A stretch of DNA of 64,000 nt, from contig CM022676.1 in assembly GCA_012295275.1 (NCBI GenBank), positions 7,316,001 through 7,380,000 of the forward strand. Reading direction: 5' to 3'. The first letter of the stretch is position 1, and each line of letters starts with the position of its first letter. This DNA comes from Chrysomallon squamiferum (taxonomy: Eukaryota; Animalia; Mollusca). Made by a program: the position numbers and the translations under genes. Below the pieces are notes generated by a model. The model was not told where the DNA came from and ran no database searches. It saw only the letters and a list, made by a program, of their open reading frames with translations. Of this stretch, positions 62,847 to 64,000 are shown one piece after another.

Positions 62847-63247
62847 TTAATATTTATTTTCTATTAGTGGAATACATGGTCTGCATTACTTTGACATAGT
62901 TTAGTTTCTGTCTGGTTTTCATAAGTCACACATGAATATTAAAATCTACTTTTTTTTTTTATCACCAGACCAACCGTCCATTACGTCGACAGTGATAATT
63001 AAACATTTAACTAACTATACAAGGAAGAATAAACTAAATGTAACATTTGTATGTGACGTTGCCAGTAATCCGAAGTCCGCCATTAAATTATTGAAAGGGA
63101 GACAACTGTTACACCACATTCAGAACGCTACAACGTTGGAATACAGTTGGATAGTGACATCTTGTTTGGATTGGGAAGGATTTTATTGTGAGGCAGAAAA
63201 CAAAATAAAAACAGCAGTCAGAAAGTCCTTGGAATTGGCTGATCTAT
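58877..63247 (+). CDS. Ig-superfamily (CEACAM-like) receptor, copy B: signal peptide and 5 Ig domains, open frame; TM and tail expected beyond the window
   Basis: Phase-1 exons 58877-58934 (alternative ATG 58871), 59366-59668, 60559-60819, 61396-61707, 62059-62319, 62969-63247. Ig motifs FTFTC..W..LTI..GTVWRC, VSCSA..YQW..LSL..SGLYVCTA, QDGVYTCTA, EGFYCEAEN. Confidence 0.88.
60997..61284. mobile_element. ~290-bp MITE in intron 3 of receptor copy B
   Basis: TIR AGAGAGGTTTAGCATAGACG (60997-61016) vs CGTCTTTGCTAAACTTATCT (61265-61284), 17/20 complementary; absent from the homologous intron of copy A. Confidence 0.75.
62763..62845. repeat. (AG)n microsatellite
   Basis: Direct inspection. Confidence 0.95.
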
Positions 63248-64000
63248 GTACGTTACCTTGATTCTATATGTGTGTGTGTCGATAAGTATGTATGAATGTA
63301 GGTATGTGTGTGTGTGTGTGTGTGTGTGTACATCACCTTCATTCTGCATATGTGTATCGATTTGTGCATATGTGTATGTAAATATGTTCGAAAGTATATT
63401 TATGTCAGTATATATGGAGGTGTAAATTCATATATGTGTGTGTGTGTGTGTGTGTGTTTATGTATATAACATTTGTTTTTAAATAGGTACACATTTATAC
63501 TAGTATGTATCAATATATTTATGTTTATGTAGGTAATGCTTTGTAATGTAAAATATGTATGTATGTACATATGTATCTGTGAATGTATGTATGTATATAA
63601 ATGTCTATAGATTTATGTATAACATAAGTGTATTTTTATGTATAAATGTAATGTCATAGAATGTAATTTATGTACATACATATGTATTTATGTATTTATA
63701 TATGTATTTATATGTATATGCGTATGTATGTACATACATTTCAATATAGTTAAGTATATGCAGGTGTATATTCATGTATTTATGTATTTATATATATCTG
63801 TGTGTCAGTATATTTATGTATATGTAGGTGTATATTCATGTTTGTACATAATGTAATGTAATTCGATGTATTATGTATAATTAATATGTATGTGGGTGTG
63901 TGTGTATGTAATGTGTATCTATCTATATATGCCTGTATGTTTGTAATGTGTATCTATATAAATATATGTATCTGTCTATCTGTGTGTATGTACGTTGTAT

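Larger units (their letters stand above)
49140..64000. repeat. Tandem segmental duplication (unit ~8.75 kb): copy A ~49140-57920, copy B ~57920 to window end
   Basis: 49250-49730 is nearly identical to 58003-58478; promoter, exons and intron blocks are collinear. Confidence 0.9.

Overview
AT-rich, microsatellite-dense eukaryotic genomic DNA with spliced genes. The composition and gene content suggest a mollusc, probably an octopod cephalopod (inference). Exon chains were rebuilt by hand from GT-AG junctions and reading phase. Genes found: INTS10 (-, 11 coding exons, runs off the left end); an OTU deubiquitinase (+) with one coding exon behind an HSE-CRE-TATA-AP-1 promoter; PRDM10 (+, 15 coding exons, apparent frameshift near the C-terminus); TMEM218 (-); a secreted Gly/Val/His-rich tandem-repeat protein (+) convergent with a secreted CE4 chitin-deacetylase-like pseudoenzyme (-); four tRNA-Pro genes; and two tandem CEACAM-like Ig-superfamily receptor genes. 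The reconstructed tail of the first receptor copy carries a YxN motif and a canonical ITAM. Three inverted-repeat transposon derivatives lie in the receptor locus. Top leads: (1) a duplicated, locally diversified ITAM-bearing Ig receptor family with IRF/ETS-type motifs upstream; (2) a His/Gly repeat protein plus dead chitin deacetylase as a candidate chitin-biomaterial module; (3) a probable heat-inducible DUB with IPV-like and SIM motifs; (4) repeated intron growth by tandem duplications that abut or span splice junctions. No database searches were run, so identities rest on recalled family motifs.
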